Assembly (NCBI GenBank): GCA_012295275.1
Contig: CM022678.1
Location: 868,001 to 932,000 of the forward strand
Direction of reading: 5' to 3'
From: Chrysomallon squamiferum
Taxonomy: Eukaryota > Animalia > Mollusca
Length of the DNA stretch: 64,000 nt
Below are positions 24,201 through 37,399 of this stretch, piece after piece (the first letter of the stretch is position 1; the number at the start of each line of letters is the position of its first letter). Under the pieces are notes generated by a model. It worked only from the letters and a program-made list of their open reading frames with translations. It ran no database searches and was not told where the DNA came from. Made by a program: the position numbers and the translations under genes.

Positions 24201-26627
24201 CATGTTCCAAAACCAGATTCATTACTTCCAGTTACTGCCAAAAAGAAATCACAAAAAAAATCAATCAGTATTTGCAAATATTTGTTTGTCTAAAACGTAA
24301 CCAACACACTAACTGCTAAAACTGTCCACAGTTTATCTGGAAGCCATCTTTCCATCAATGAAAGCTGACAGTTTATATAAAGGTATATATTTTTTTTCTT
24401 TTGTGACTTTATTTTCTTTATGCAAACTTGGTCAGTAGAATCACCACAAAGTTGCCATTTCCTCAGTCTATTTGGAATATCTTTTTATATATATTTTTTA
24501 ACATTTATTTATAAAATGACTTCCCATTATAAAGTTCCATATTGTAAATATGCTTCAGTCAGGTTGATATTTTATTATTATACTTAGTTTTTAACATATA
24601 TTAGTGATTTGAATTTATGGACAAGAATCTTTCATAAACCAGTCCAAATTATTAAATTCAGTGTTAAAATAGTTAAATTAGGAAGTTTTTACTTAGTTAT
24701 TAACATACCAGTGCTATCCTGTATAGGATTATCTCTTCTTCTTTCTAAATATGCTTCAATGTCTCGCACTGAAAAATATCACAACTCTGCTATAGATTAA
24801 ATAAATTACAGCTGAATTATAATAAACATATTATATTACAGTGGAATTATAGCAAAAATATTTCATTACAGCTGAAATGACAAAAATATGACATTACTCC
24901 AAAATATGACAAAAATATTATACTGCAGCAGAAATATGACAAATAAATTATATTACATCTGAATTATACCATAAATATTACATTACAATATAATTATAAC
25001 ATAAATATTACATTACAACCGAATTATAATATAAATATTACATTACAACTGAATTATAACATAAATATTATATTATAACTGAATTATAACATAAATATTA
25101 CATTACAACTGAATTATAACATACATTATAACTGAATTAAAACATAAATATTACAACTGAATTATAACATATATTATAACTGAATTATAACATAAATATT
25201 ATAACTGAATTATAACAAATATTATATCACAACAGAATTATAACATAAATGTCATATTACAGCCCAGTACTTTATAAGAACACAAGACAAGCAGATTTAA
25301 AAACTTCTTTAAACTAACAACCAAATCTTTATTAATATTCAGTGAAACACGAATTTAAAATGAACCTTTACTTCAATAATTTTCATTAATATTTTTTGAG
25401 GACAGTATTTTCTTCATATGTTTTTTCATTTTTCTTCATCTCATTTAGTAAAATTCAAATTCATTTTCTGTCATTAATTAGGTAAACAGTTAAGAACTGC
25501 AAAAATATAAATTATGATTATACAAGATAGCTATATAAATATTACACTGAATAAAGCTATTTCAAATCAATGTTCTATGTTGATATATATATATTGGTAA
25601 ATCTGTAAAATCTGGTATAAAGTATTTGTGATGGATTAAATGGTTCACACAAGTAATTTATTAATGGATAGATATTATCATATTATTATTAGTATATATT
25701 TTTCAGTGGTACCTCGACTTACGAGTGATCCAACTTACGAGTTTTCCGAGTAACGAGCAATGCACGGACAATTTTGTGATTTGAGCAAACTTCAGATACG
25801 CTGTCGCTATTTGCCGCAACGAACAACACAACACACGCCCAGCATCCCTCGTGTACATCACGTGATTACCTTGTCGTTGAAGCATCTCTGTGGTGATGTG
25901 TTCCCCCTTTGTGCAGTATTTTACCAAATTTCTGACCATGGATAATAAGAGAGTGAGTGCAAAGAACAGTGCTGAGAAGAAGAAGCGAATGATGTCCATT
26001 GAATTAAAGTATGAATCATGGAATAACACGAGCGAGGTGAGCTAGTAGTCGACTTGGCTAGGCTGTACAAACGTAGGACTTCTACGATATGTACCACAAT
26101 GATACTGAAGCAGAAGGAGTCGACAAAGACTGTAACTCCAACCAAAAAATTAAAATTAAAACTGAGTTTGATATACGAGCAAATTGGTCATGGAACGAAT
26201 TAAACTTGTACGTCAAGGTACCACTGTATGTATATACGACAAAGTGTTTGACAAAAAAGAAAATATAAAAATACTCACGTAGTATACTTCTGCAGTCAGT
26301 GACGACATCTTCACGGCCAAGTTTTATCAAGTAATCGACCAAATTTCCGACTGTTGGCTTCAAATTGTTACGCTGACTCCATTCTTTCAAAAGTTCTGCT
26401 GTCGGATTGTCAGCCCTAGACATATTTTCCTGTTCCAACCACTCGAAACCCACCAATTCTGCCAGCCCATTGTAGTCCGGAGTGAGGCCTGTAGTTTCGT
26501 TAGGCAAACGTCCGACAAGGTTCATGTACTGAGACAACTTATTTCTACACGAATTCCGTAAAGCAAACAGCGGAACATCACGATACTCAGATGGTAAAAA
26601 CTCTGCCATTAAATCACTGTCCGCCAT
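21252..26627 (-). CDS. MYD88: Myeloid differentiation primary response 88 (Death + TIR); exons 26627-26279, 24768-24709, 24234-24202, 23647-23597, 23267-23069, 22647-22556, 21941-21731; last exon uncertain (21267-21252 or ~20885-20840)
   Basis: Death domain (VPLFALRNSCRNKLSQYMN...DYNGLAELVGF...PTAELLKEW...PTVGNLVDYLIKLGREDVVTD). TIR box1 YYDAFV, box2 LKLCVPWRDDLPG, then RCRRIILILSPDFLKSQICEFQLKFSHSLSP, KKIIP and box3 PWFWPRL. Exon phases are mutually consistent. Confidence 0.95.
21310..21725. repeat. Two adjacent minisatellites (~48 bp and ~42 bp units) near the MyD88 3' end
   Basis: TTTATCTGGAACGTAGCTGTTACTATG units, followed by GAGCTGATATTGAGTTTTATGTTATTTATTATTAATATGCTT units. Confidence 0.85.
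24805..25265. repeat. ~30-bp minisatellite ACTGAATTATAACATAAATATTACATTACA in MyD88 intron 1
   Basis: Tandem degenerate copies directly visible. Confidence 0.85.
25704..26226 (+). mobile_element. Internally deleted Tigger/pogo (Tc1-mariner superfamily) DNA transposon in MyD88 intron 1
   Basis: TIRs CAGTGGTACCTCGACTTACGAGT ... ACTTGTACGTCAAGGTACCACTG with TA on the right flank. A disrupted N-terminal CENP-B-type HTH starts at ATG 25938: MDNKRVSAKNSAEKKKRMMSIELK...HERGELVVDLARLYKRRTSTICT..LKQKES. Confidence 0.88.
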
Positions 26628-27045
26628 TTTTATTTTTTTGACATTTACAAAACAGTATACAGCTCTTCAGTAGTGTATTAAATTCACTTAACGATTTCTT
26701 AATAAATAAAAAAAAATTAGGATCCTTATCTTGTCTTCATGTGCATGACACTTGTGTGTGATCGCTGGCTTCATTCAACAAGAAGGAAGTTGAAAACAAA
26801 ACCAGGATGTAGAAATGTATATCTTGAAAGGAGAACAAAGAAAAATAACTTTAATTCAGGTACCAGGAAGTTAAGTAGCGAATCACTGATGGACAGGGGT
26901 AAAGTGGTTTATACCTTACTCCACAGCAAATAAAGCTTATGTAATTTTGTATAGCAGAATATTTATCTTTGGTTTTGAACTGCATTCAGTAAATATTTGT
27001 TATTATATTTATCAGTGACTGTAGACACACACACACACACACACA

Positions 27046-27095
<50 letters not shown>

Positions 27096-27658
27096 CACAC
27101 ACACTTGAATTAACTGTTATTATTAACTAAGTGATTGTTGTTAAGGCAGATGAGTCAAGTGATGGAAATATGAGCTGTGGACACGCTTCACAACTTTTCC
27201 AGTTTATCTCTGTATCAGATCTTTATAAACCAGCCTACATCAGATTTCAAATTAACTTTTTATATTTTCTAGTTCATATTTTATACAACTCATGAGTCAT
27301 AAAATATGAAGAACCCCCTGCCGCTTTTCAAATAAAAAAAAAAAAAAAAAATAACAACAACAAAAAAAAAAACAAAACAAAAAGAACAACAACAATGAAT
27401 AAATAAATATTTTGATTGTACAAAGATATATTTCTGTTATTCAATGAAAATGATATAGAAAAATATAAATAAATAAATAAAATAAAATAAAAAAAATAAA
27501 AATAAAATAAAATATAAAAAAAAAAAAATAAAATAAAAAAAAATAAAATAAAATAAAATAAAATAAAATAAAATAAAATAAAATAATTAATTTGTTACAT
27601 TAATAAATAAACCATCAACAATCACTACTAATAGCAATGTGTAGTGTACGTTTTGTCT

Positions 27659-27790
27659 ACCTGGCAATCAAAATCGAAGTAAAACTCAAATCTTGTCAAC
27701 AAACGAATTGTCAGAAAGTCTGGTCGCTTTCTGAATCGCCGCTTACCCACGTCACGTGATATTTTTGTAAGATGACGCGTCACAGGTTTT
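27659..27790 (-). promoter_or_regulatory. Candidate non-coding exon/promoter ~1 kb upstream of MyD88, homologous to 12298-12350
   Basis: Donor CAG|gtagac and a 25/27 match to the STAND-ANK element; adjacent GTCACGTGAT (E-box) and TGACGCGTCA (CRE-like) motifs. Confidence 0.4.
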
Positions 27791-28515
27791 CACGTAGTGT
27801 GTTAGTCTGGTTGCTGGGTGACAATGTAAACACGATCAGCTCTAAGTATAGCACATTTTTCAAAGTGGTTTGTATACTTGCTCAAAAAGATATGATCAGA
27901 ATACAGGGGCGAGCTATATTTCTTCTAGTAAGCTTATATATAGCTTAAAATAGCATAAAAACACACACACACACAGATAGAGTTATCATTATTGTGATTG
28001 AGACTTATTTTGTACATCGAACAAAAAATCATTTCTTTCCACATTTTATTTTATTTTATTTTACGTTACGTTATTAACAAGTTTTCTCAAATTACAATTG
28101 TCTATAAATAACGTTAAGTCAACGGCAAGTATTTCATTTCAGGTATTATTTTCGCTGTCTTGATCAAATAAATTCAGGAGCTTCCACAGAGGCCTAACAC
28201 CTCCCTTAATATAATCATCATCATCATCATCATCATTGTATATACAAATATTTAATTCGATTTCACAACAACCACAGTAATGATGTGTAGCTTAACATTA
28301 AAGTTTGAAATCTGACAAAATTAGCCAGTATTAGCCATATTATCTACACTAGCTGTATAATGACATTTTTCTATTCTCTAACAAAGAGTGTAACTACACA
28401 GGTTTCAAATTCTCTTTGTTTACAATTCAACCATGAACTCGAGTAACATGTGATCTAAGTATCTTAGAGCTATTAAACAAAAACACCAAAACAAAAGAAC
28501 AACAACAACAACAAC

Positions 28516-28568
<53 letters not shown>

Positions 28569-29784
28569 TAAGAAAATAAAATATAAAAAATAAAATATAA
28601 AAAAAAATGAAATCAAAAATAAAATAAAATTTTACTGAATGAAATAAAATTGTATGAAGACAATGAAAAGAGGGATTTTTTAAAAACAAAATGAAGGCAG
28701 GTAATTAAAGATAGATAGAAAGATAGAAATAGTCAAAAGATGTGAAGAATCTAAATGTCGTTGTAGTTTTAAACTTGTTCTTACTGAATATAGTTTCACA
28801 CAATTGTTATTGTATTTTTTTTCTTCTTAGTCAACTCTACATAGATGATATATAAATTGGATGATCCTGTACTAAAACAGTAAACATGGACCTACTAAAT
28901 AGTTATTTTGACTTTGTCGATGTTTAAGATTTGTTATTTAAATTTATCTAGATATTTTTATTTCCTCAAGATCTACTTATTTTGACATTGTTTAATCAGT
29001 TTGATTTTCTTGATATCTAATTTTTTCACACATTCTAAATTGTATTTTTCTGCTTAACTGTTTTTACATCCTCTCCTTATTTTTTTTTTTTCTTTTTTTA
29101 TTAAATGTTCCAAGATTTTGTTTTTCTCTTAGAATCTAATCATCACTTTCAATTTTACACTTTTTGTTATTGTTATAAACTCATTTTTCTCTACAGACAA
29201 AAGACTTAATATTGTTTTTATACAGACAAAATTTGCAGTCTAAGATTAGGAGAGAAAATACCATGATTTAATATGTTAATAGAATAGTGACAATATATTT
29301 CTAATTTTCTTAATATATGTGGTCCACTGTTTGAGAGAGAGTGAGAGAGAGAGAGACACAGAGAGACAGACTCAGATATGTATATTCACACTTTATTTAA
29401 TTATCTTCTTTTATCTTTTTTTTTTGCATTTCTTTCTTTTTTTTTTTTATTTTTCAATTTTAATATAATTTATTTATTAATTAATTTGTTATTATTATTA
29501 TTATTGTGTTTTTGATGATGATGTAATTATTTAATTATTGATCAAATGTTTATCCTGTGTTGTAAAACAAATACACAGAATATAAACTGATTTTGCTGTT
29601 CTTTATTAAAATAGCTCTTTATATCTTTGAGATTGAAATGTTAAGATATCAATTTAAAAACTGATTTAAAAAATATGTAGTTAATTAAGCAAGTAAATTA
29701 TTGATTCTTTTTATATAAAACGTTTTTATTAAATAAAGAAAAAAAATGTCATGTAATAGATATATATGTATTTGTATATGTGTG

Positions 29785-29824
<40 letters not shown>

Positions 29825-30094
29825 CACAGAACATGGTTAAAGGTGTTGTGAAAAGTTCTAATTTAATCATGATAATCATTGTATTTTGTCCATAATTATT
29901 TGTAATAAAAATATCATTGATCAAAACATTTGACTTTGTTTACTGACTTACTTATTTATTTACATAGACACATACATCTTGCTCATTTTATTATTATTAC
30001 TTACTACTACTACTACTACTATTTTTCTTGTGATGATTATTAAAGGAGATTATCGTTATTATTGTTACTACAAAAAGGAATAATAACAATAATA

Positions 30095-30128
<34 letters not shown>

Positions 30129-30661
30129 CAATAATAATGATACAACTGTAGTAGTAGTAGTAATAGTAAATAAAAATAAAATTAAAAGGAGATTATCCAT
30201 TCAATAAACGAATAATAATAATAATAACAATAACAATAATAAATAATAACAATAACAATAACAATAACAATAATAAATAAATAAACAGATAAAGGGAGGT
30301 TATTCATACAACACAAAACAAACTACTGTCAAAGCATACATGTAAGTGATTTGATAAAATAAACTAAAATTAAATTATTACTCAAACTAAATTTATAAAC
30401 ATATCTTTTTTCATATCAAAACTTGCCCAACTGATTTAATAACAGTAGTAGTAATAGTAGTAGTAGTAGTAGTAGTAGTATGGATGTTCAAGTAATAATA
30501 ATAATAATAGTAGATGTGATAGTATAGCAGTGGTAGTAAACACTGTAATGATAGTAGTAACAGTAATTGAACTCTCGATAATAGAAGTCATATTGATAAT
30601 AATATTACTGTTATTATTACTATGGTAGTAGTAGTAGTAGTGGAACAGTGGTCTCACATAC

Positions 30662-30920
30662 CAGTTAGTTTTTTATCCATTCCAAAGCATGGTTTATTTC
30701 TTCCTTTTGTTCCGGAGTTAATTTATCATTTTTAGTTTTTGCTACATTCATGGATATGAAAGCGAGGCTTGGTCTTCTGGTTCTCAGGTTTAACCTTGTT
30801 GCCATGGCCTTGACCTGGCTGAGGTCAGAATTGTCAATTTTAGTCATGGAAAGATCTTCAGAAATGTTCAGGATGACATCACTGACACCTTCTGAGATAA
30901 CAGTCGTTGATGTTGAGTCG
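30662..30920 (-). pseudogene. FAM167: FAM167-family exon with an in-frame premature stop (pseudogene, null allele or sequence error)
   Basis: SDLSQVKAMATRLNLRTRRPS and EEINHALEWIKN*L|gtatgt match the FAM167 motifs (L.L.TRRPS; IDEAL.WLR.EL). TAA sits where Glu is expected. I did not find the downstream coiled-coil exon. Confidence 0.65.
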
Positions 30921-31039
30921 CTGAAATAATTAACAGTATTTATTTATTTATTTACTAATTTGTTTATTTTTATTTCTGAGGAATTAATTTTATTTTAATA
31001 ATACAAAGTGATACATGAATTAGAGAGACATTTGGATTT

Positions 31040-31570
31040 ATTTAATTTCATACCTACTACACTACTTGCATTTTATACTTATTTACTTACTTCACTATAC
31101 ACTACTTGCATACTATTTATTTATACTACTTTATTTATTTACTACACCACTTGCATACTACTTCACTATACACCACTGAATTAATTTACACTACTATTTT
31201 AATAATACAAAGTGATACATGAATGAGAGACAAACATACACCACTTGAGACTTTTACACCACTATACTACTTCACTTACACTACTATACTACTACATACA
31301 CCACTTGCATACTACTTCACTATACAAACTTCCATACTACAGCAATTTAAACTAATTTCATTCATCTTGACTACACACTACTGAACTACACATTTTTCGT
31401 ACTACTTCACTAAGTTGCTTGCTATTTAGCTATACACTACTTTCATACTACTTCTCCATTTCAAAACAATTTCACTATACTTTACTTTCATACTACTTCA
31501 GTGAATGCTGCTTCCATGCTACTTAACTACACACTGCTTTCTTATACTACTTCACTACTCACTACTTCAA
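31040..31570. repeat. Degenerate ACTACTTCACTATACAC low-complexity repeat
   Basis: Directly visible. Confidence 0.7.
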
Positions 31571-32179
31571 GCTCTGCAGTGGACTGACCTGGGTCAACAG
31601 ATGAGCTTTTCCTTCTACCTCCCATGTCAAAGATTTTGATTGACAGGTTTTTGTTTTACTTGTTACTGTTACCATGCCCACCAGTCATCTCATTGGACAA
31701 TCTGTAAATAAAGAATAAATTTGTTTTAACAGAAACAGAGGGTTTTCTCTGTCTAAAAATAAAAATATAATAATTTATTTTGATACTATCATTTAAGGGA
31801 AGAAATTCAAAATATATTAGAAAAAATGTATTCATTTATTTAATGGTTAGAACTAATATATAAAGGAAAGGATGTTCGAATCTTCACTTTGGATAATAAA
31901 ATGAAGTTAACATTAAATAAATAAATTAAATAAAATAAAAGGTGAGATTGGGAGATATGCACAGTCTTGTTTCAGTATATTGTTAGTACTAACTTACCCA
32001 CATTTCATGGAAAAACAGAACAGTCATCTGAAATTATACAAAATATATTCTGAATTCTTGTTAGTATTAACAAAACGGTCAATTTATTTTAAGTTTCTGC
32101 CATCATTATTTTTTAGATTACTGTACGATTAGTGTTTTTATGATTAAGGTTTAATTATATATTTGTTTATAAATTATAA

Positions 32180-32385
32180 TAAACAGAGAGACAGAGACAT
32201 AAAAACTCACCAGACAGATACATACAAACTCACCAGACAGACAGAGACATACAAACTCACCAGACACACAGACACACATATGCAAACTCACCAGACAGAT
32301 AGAGACATACAAACTCAGCAGACAGACAGACACATACAAACTCACCAGACAGACAGAGACACATACAGACTCACCAGACAGACAC
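32180..32385. repeat. ~27-bp minisatellite CAGACAGACAGAGACATACAAACTCAC
   Basis: Directly visible. Confidence 0.85.
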
Positions 32386-32492
32386 ACGGTTCAAGAGCTT
32401 CCAGGATTTGAAGTGAATAGTCTTTCTCCTTGCTGTCTTGCTGGTGTTGTCGACGTTGTCTGCAGGAAAACGTTGCAAACTTGAACTCGCAG

Positions 32493-32790
32493 GTCAGCTG
32501 TCCCTTCATGCTGAAGTCTTCCTTCCTTAACACTTCACGTGGCCCGTACCTGTGTGAACAAAACAAAACCTGTACAGGTGTAACAGTGTTGTACATGTCA
32601 GCTGTCCCTTCATGCTGAAGTCTTCCTTTCTTAACACTTCATGTGGCCCGTACCTGTGTGAACAAAACAAAACCTGTACAGGTGTAACAGTGTTGTACAT
32701 GTCAGCTGTCCCTTCATGCTGAAGTCTTCCTTTCTTAACACTTCACGTGTACCTGTGTGAACAAAACAAAACCTGTACAGGTATAACAGT
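32493..32790. repeat. Near-identical 104-bp tandem triplication containing a minus-strand splice acceptor
   Basis: Units start at 32493, 32597 and 32701; each carries ttttgttcacacag|GTAC on the minus strand. Confidence 0.88.
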
Positions 32791-34859
32791 GCTTAACAGG
32801 TTATACAGTTTTACCGGTAAGCCACAGATTCACCTGCAAACACTGACCATAATACAGGTAAATTCAAATACTATCTGTACAGGTGTAACAGTGTTGTACA
32901 GATTAGCTGAAGTATTTCTTGTGTATACATATATAACTTTAGTATAGTTTTGTATATATAATTTTAGTTTATTTGCGTATCATACTTACATCTATATCTT
33001 TAGTATGATTTATTTGTGTATTTTAATTACATATATATCTTTAGTATGATTTCTTTTTGTATATTAATTACATATAAACTTTAGTATGGTTTATTTGTGT
33101 TTAATAGTTAATACTTACATACATATATAACTTTAGTATAGTTTTGTAGCTGTGTAATAGTTACATATATATATATATATATAACTTTAATATAGTTTGG
33201 TATAATACTTACATATATAACTTTAGTATAGTTTTGTATCTGTGTAATAGTTATATATATATATATATATATAACTTTAATATAGTTTTGTATAATACTT
33301 ACATAGATAAATTTAGTATAGTTCTGTTCTGGCTTTGTTCAATGTAGGGTGATCCATGAGCCTGACTTATCACACCAGCTCGTAAAACTAAAAGAGAAAT
33401 ATTTTTGACTATAAGTATAAGACAAAAGATAGGATTATTATTATTATTATACAGTGTTGTCAGAAACAAAAGTAGTGAAAGAGAAAACTCACAGCCTTAA
33501 TGCAGTGGCTTATCTTGTTTTTTAAATTAATAATAAAAAATAGTTTATGTGCATCGTCTACGGCACAGGAAAATAGTATGACAAGGACATGAATATTAAC
33601 AAAACTTTTAGTAATATGCAAACAAATAAAAATAATTCAGGATTTATTAATGACTTAAATAAGTACAAATATTGGACAATTTACAAATATTTTTCAATTT
33701 TAAGCAGTTCTTGATTAGTTTTCAAAAGTATATGAATCTAGTTCAGATTTCTAACTTTTGATGACTTTATTAGTTTATAGTTCATTTCCAACTACGAACT
33801 GTAGGTATGTGGATACATTTTTCAAACCCCACTAATCTGAACATAAATAAGACAGTTGGGTAGAGCTTGTAAACCACTTTAAAATGATACCAAGATCAAA
33901 TGAATATGTAAAAAATTAAGGAAGTAGCAGCAATTTTAAACCCCCAGAAAAGCAATTTTTTTCGTCTGATTAAACGCTATATAAGTCATTAGAGGTCTGT
34001 GACCAAAAATAGTAATATTTTAACATTTTCCCATCTATCTTTGTTAATAATCAAGCTTTCTTGATGAAATTTTCAGAGAAGACCAATGCCAATCTCTGCT
34101 ATCGATTATATTTGTAAAAATTAAAAAGAAGTTATTAATTAAGATACCAGCAGCCTAACAAACGTAAGTGGAAAAAGTGCCGATTTTGTCCATTTCCCAC
34201 CCCTCCCAAATCCCTTCTGTAAAATTTAACATGAAAAACAATTACACTCAAATACAGACTAATATGCGCTCTTTTAAATGGTGATGTTGTTTTTGTTATG
34301 TGTTAAATCAGTAGTTTGTATGAGAGTGTTAAACGTGGTGGGGGTAAGCGAACTTTGTGAACATCCCTAAAGCTAAAGCGGTGTTGCTCTACGAAGCGCT
34401 CATCTGAAGGCGGTGTTGCCTTTGCTCAACACTGACTATTTTTAGCACCCAGGAAGGTAAAAGTTCGATATTTCTAACATCGTACATGTTGTCGCTATTA
34501 TTACCAATGGCGTGTAAATTTATAACAAAAGTTATGTCCACAAACGTATATTGCTTGCCTAAAAATAAAAAAAAAAAAAAAACAATTAAGAAAGAAAGAA
34601 AAAAAGAGTAACAAACATATAAAAGAACCTCTGCTATTTAAAATGATAGAAGCTATGTATATATTTTTAGTAACTTTTGGGATGCATAGTTTTCTCCAGT
34701 GTTCGGATTTCTAAAGTATGTACATTATAATAGGAATACGATCAGAAATAAACTAACTTCGTGTTTTGCTTTAAAAATTCTTGCGATAAATGGCGAATTA
34801 AAAATCATAAACATAACAAACTGTACTACAAAACAGTACAATGAATGTATTCTGTGAAT

Positions 34860-36070
34860 CTAAGTACCAGAGGTATTCATAGAATATTAAATACGAAACG
34901 TACAACTTTTTCTTTTTAATCGTAAAACCATAAACTGATAAATCATAAAGTGTTCAGTTTTAAAACTTTTTGATTTGCTCCATCAGAGAAAACATTAACA
35001 ATGGTCACATGATACATTGATAGGTACCTTTTGTTTGCTGTCAAATCACAGGAAGTACAAACACAAAGCCATGAAAATTCTATTGTCTGCTTCAAATGAC
35101 ACTTATCATACCTGTCTTTAGTGTCATGATTACATACACAATGTATTGCTCCTAATTAAGACCGGCAATACCTTTCTGGAGTAGACTCCAATTTATTATA
35201 CGAGTTTATGTATTGCAGAGGATTATAGATAAACATTAATTTGTTTATTTCAGAACGTATTCATATTATAATTATATTCAGTAAAAGTCATAACATATAA
35301 TAAAACATGCATTATACAAGTTATTAAAAATATAATCAACACAGATTATAGAAATATAATCATTTAAAATAGCACCAGTTATTTGTAGTTGCACATAAAG
35401 TCTTCGGTGACTTGACTAGGTAGGAAACAATGCACGGCGATCTTGCAATGCACGTGCTACAATGAATAAGCTAAAAATAGGAACATTGAAGAAAAACATA
35501 CAATGATACAGCCAATAGGTTATTAAAATATAAACAACATGAATTTATGTACCAGAGGTAGTGATAGAATGTTATCACTATTTTTTTAATCATAAAACCA
35601 TAAATTGATCAAACTTAGGCTATTTTTGCATCAAGTGCTGATTTGCTCCATCAGAGAAAACATCAGCGATGGTCACATGATACATTGATAGGTATCTTTT
35701 GTTTGCTGTCAAAGCACAGGAAGTACGAACACAAAGCCAAGAAAATTCTTTTGTCTGCTTCAAATGACAGTTACAATACCTGTGTCTTTAATTGTCATGA
35801 TTACATACACATTGTATTGCTCCTAATTAAGACCGGCAACACCTTTCTGGAGTCGACTCCAAGGATTATACGAGTTTATGTATTGCAGAGGATTATAGTT
35901 AACATCAAATGCTAGTAATCAGCAAAACAATATTAATTCGTTTATTTCAGAACGAATACATATTATATTTAGTAAAAGTCACAACATCCAATAAAACATG
36001 CATCCTACAAGCTATTAAAAATATAATCAACATAGATTATAGAAATATAATCATTTTCAACAGCGCCAGA
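34860..36070. repeat. Internal direct duplication (~500 bp unit, ~670 bp period) inside the transposon
   Basis: GATTTGCTCCATCAGAGAAAACAT...CACAGGAAGTAC...AGATTATAGAAATATAATCATTT occurs at ~34970-35370 and again at ~35640-36060. Confidence 0.85.
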
Positions 36071-36199
36071 TCTTTCTAGCACATTTTAAAATTAAAACGC
36101 AAGCACACATGTATACACAATATTTTATTAAAAATGATATTTGAAATATTCGACAAATTGACCTTTCTAACTGTACATAAAATCTACTAGAATTCAAAA

Positions 36200-36854
36200 T
36201 TAAATATTATTTTTCTTTTGCTGTGCTCTCACATCTCGGATTGCAATGTGTGTAGACCTTTGAAGCTGTAGCTGTTTTAGTCTCATATTTGTTAAGGAGT
36301 TATTTAATAACTTGCATGAAAGGCATTTTTTTGTTTGTCTGGTTTTCATGGGTGGTTTTGTCAATATTGGAATAGCAGGTTCCTCTGAATCTTCTCCACA
36401 GAGTGAACTGCTATCCAATAGATTGTGTGGTTCTGGGGAAGCAGTAACGTATTGTGGGTTGCAACTCGGACCAGGTTGGGGCTCATCTTGTTTTCGGGGT
36501 ACATCCTCAAGATTACAGCTTTCCGTCAATAAAAAATTTTCTGAACATAAACACATAAATTTGGTAAATTGTACAGCATAAGCCAGATTTCGAAACTTAT
36601 CGAACTGGTACACAACTTTCTTCACTTCAGCAGAAAGTCTCAACACAGGGGTTAGGAGTTAGTGAAAAATGACTACATAATTCACTAACTGTTGTTGCTC
36701 GACTGTTACCACAGCTAGTGTAAATATAAAGCATGTGTCCTTTCAAAAACTCATCTGTTGCAGGAACTGTGGAATACTTTTCTTGCAGATGCTGTCTACC
36801 TAAGCTCGGTTGGTTACATCTAATTAGGCACTGTCTCTTGTTACTCAAAGGCAT
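36200..36854 (-). pseudogene. Frameshifted, truncated ORF remnant of the transposon (putative transposase N-terminus)
   Basis: MPLSNKRQCLIRCNQ...HFSLTPNP continues after a frameshift as VLRLSAEVKKVVYQFDKF...KKCLSCKLL. It is preceded by a polypyrimidine acceptor. No DDE core is visible. Confidence 0.5.
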
Positions 36855-37399
36855 CTTTTGGTTATTCACTGAAAAAAAAAAGAGAAAAGAGCGATGAGAA
36901 GACAACTGAAATAAGTTTTAAAAAATTTGAAATTATGAAAGACAATATTACCAAAATGAAACATCAACTGTGGGTCAAACCAAACACTGAAAAAAAACAA
37001 AAAAAACACACCATTATATGAAAAGAAATGCAAAATTTGAATGACCAATACAAATTAAATCCACACAGAATACAATAGCAAGTGCTTATTTGATTTGGTG
37101 TTTTAGAAATTATAATTGTTTGGTCAATTTTATGATTTTAAAATCCTAAAACATCTTGAGATTTGAGACAATTATGGATGAAAATACCAATATATTGTTA
37201 GGAACATATTTGTCCATCATTCTTATGTAAGATAAATTAAGAAGAATAAGTCAACATAATCCATTCTCAAACGTAAGTCCTTACACAGGAAGTTTGGTCT
37301 GCCATGACACTTTCACTTCGGCGATCTAACGTCGAAATAACCATGCTTGACGAGATAAAGATTAGAGTTACTAGTTAGCATGCTTGCAGCTGCTTGACA

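Noticed and set aside
26657-26671. 15-nt match (ATACAGCTCTTCAGT) between the MyD88 5' region and the candidate UTR exon near 9873-9887
   Set aside because: A match of this length is expected by chance in an AT-rich 64-kb window.
28420-28470. ALRYLDHMLLEFMVEL as the missing FAM167 coiled-coil exon
   Set aside because: Only a vague resemblance, and the nearest acceptor gives the wrong phase.
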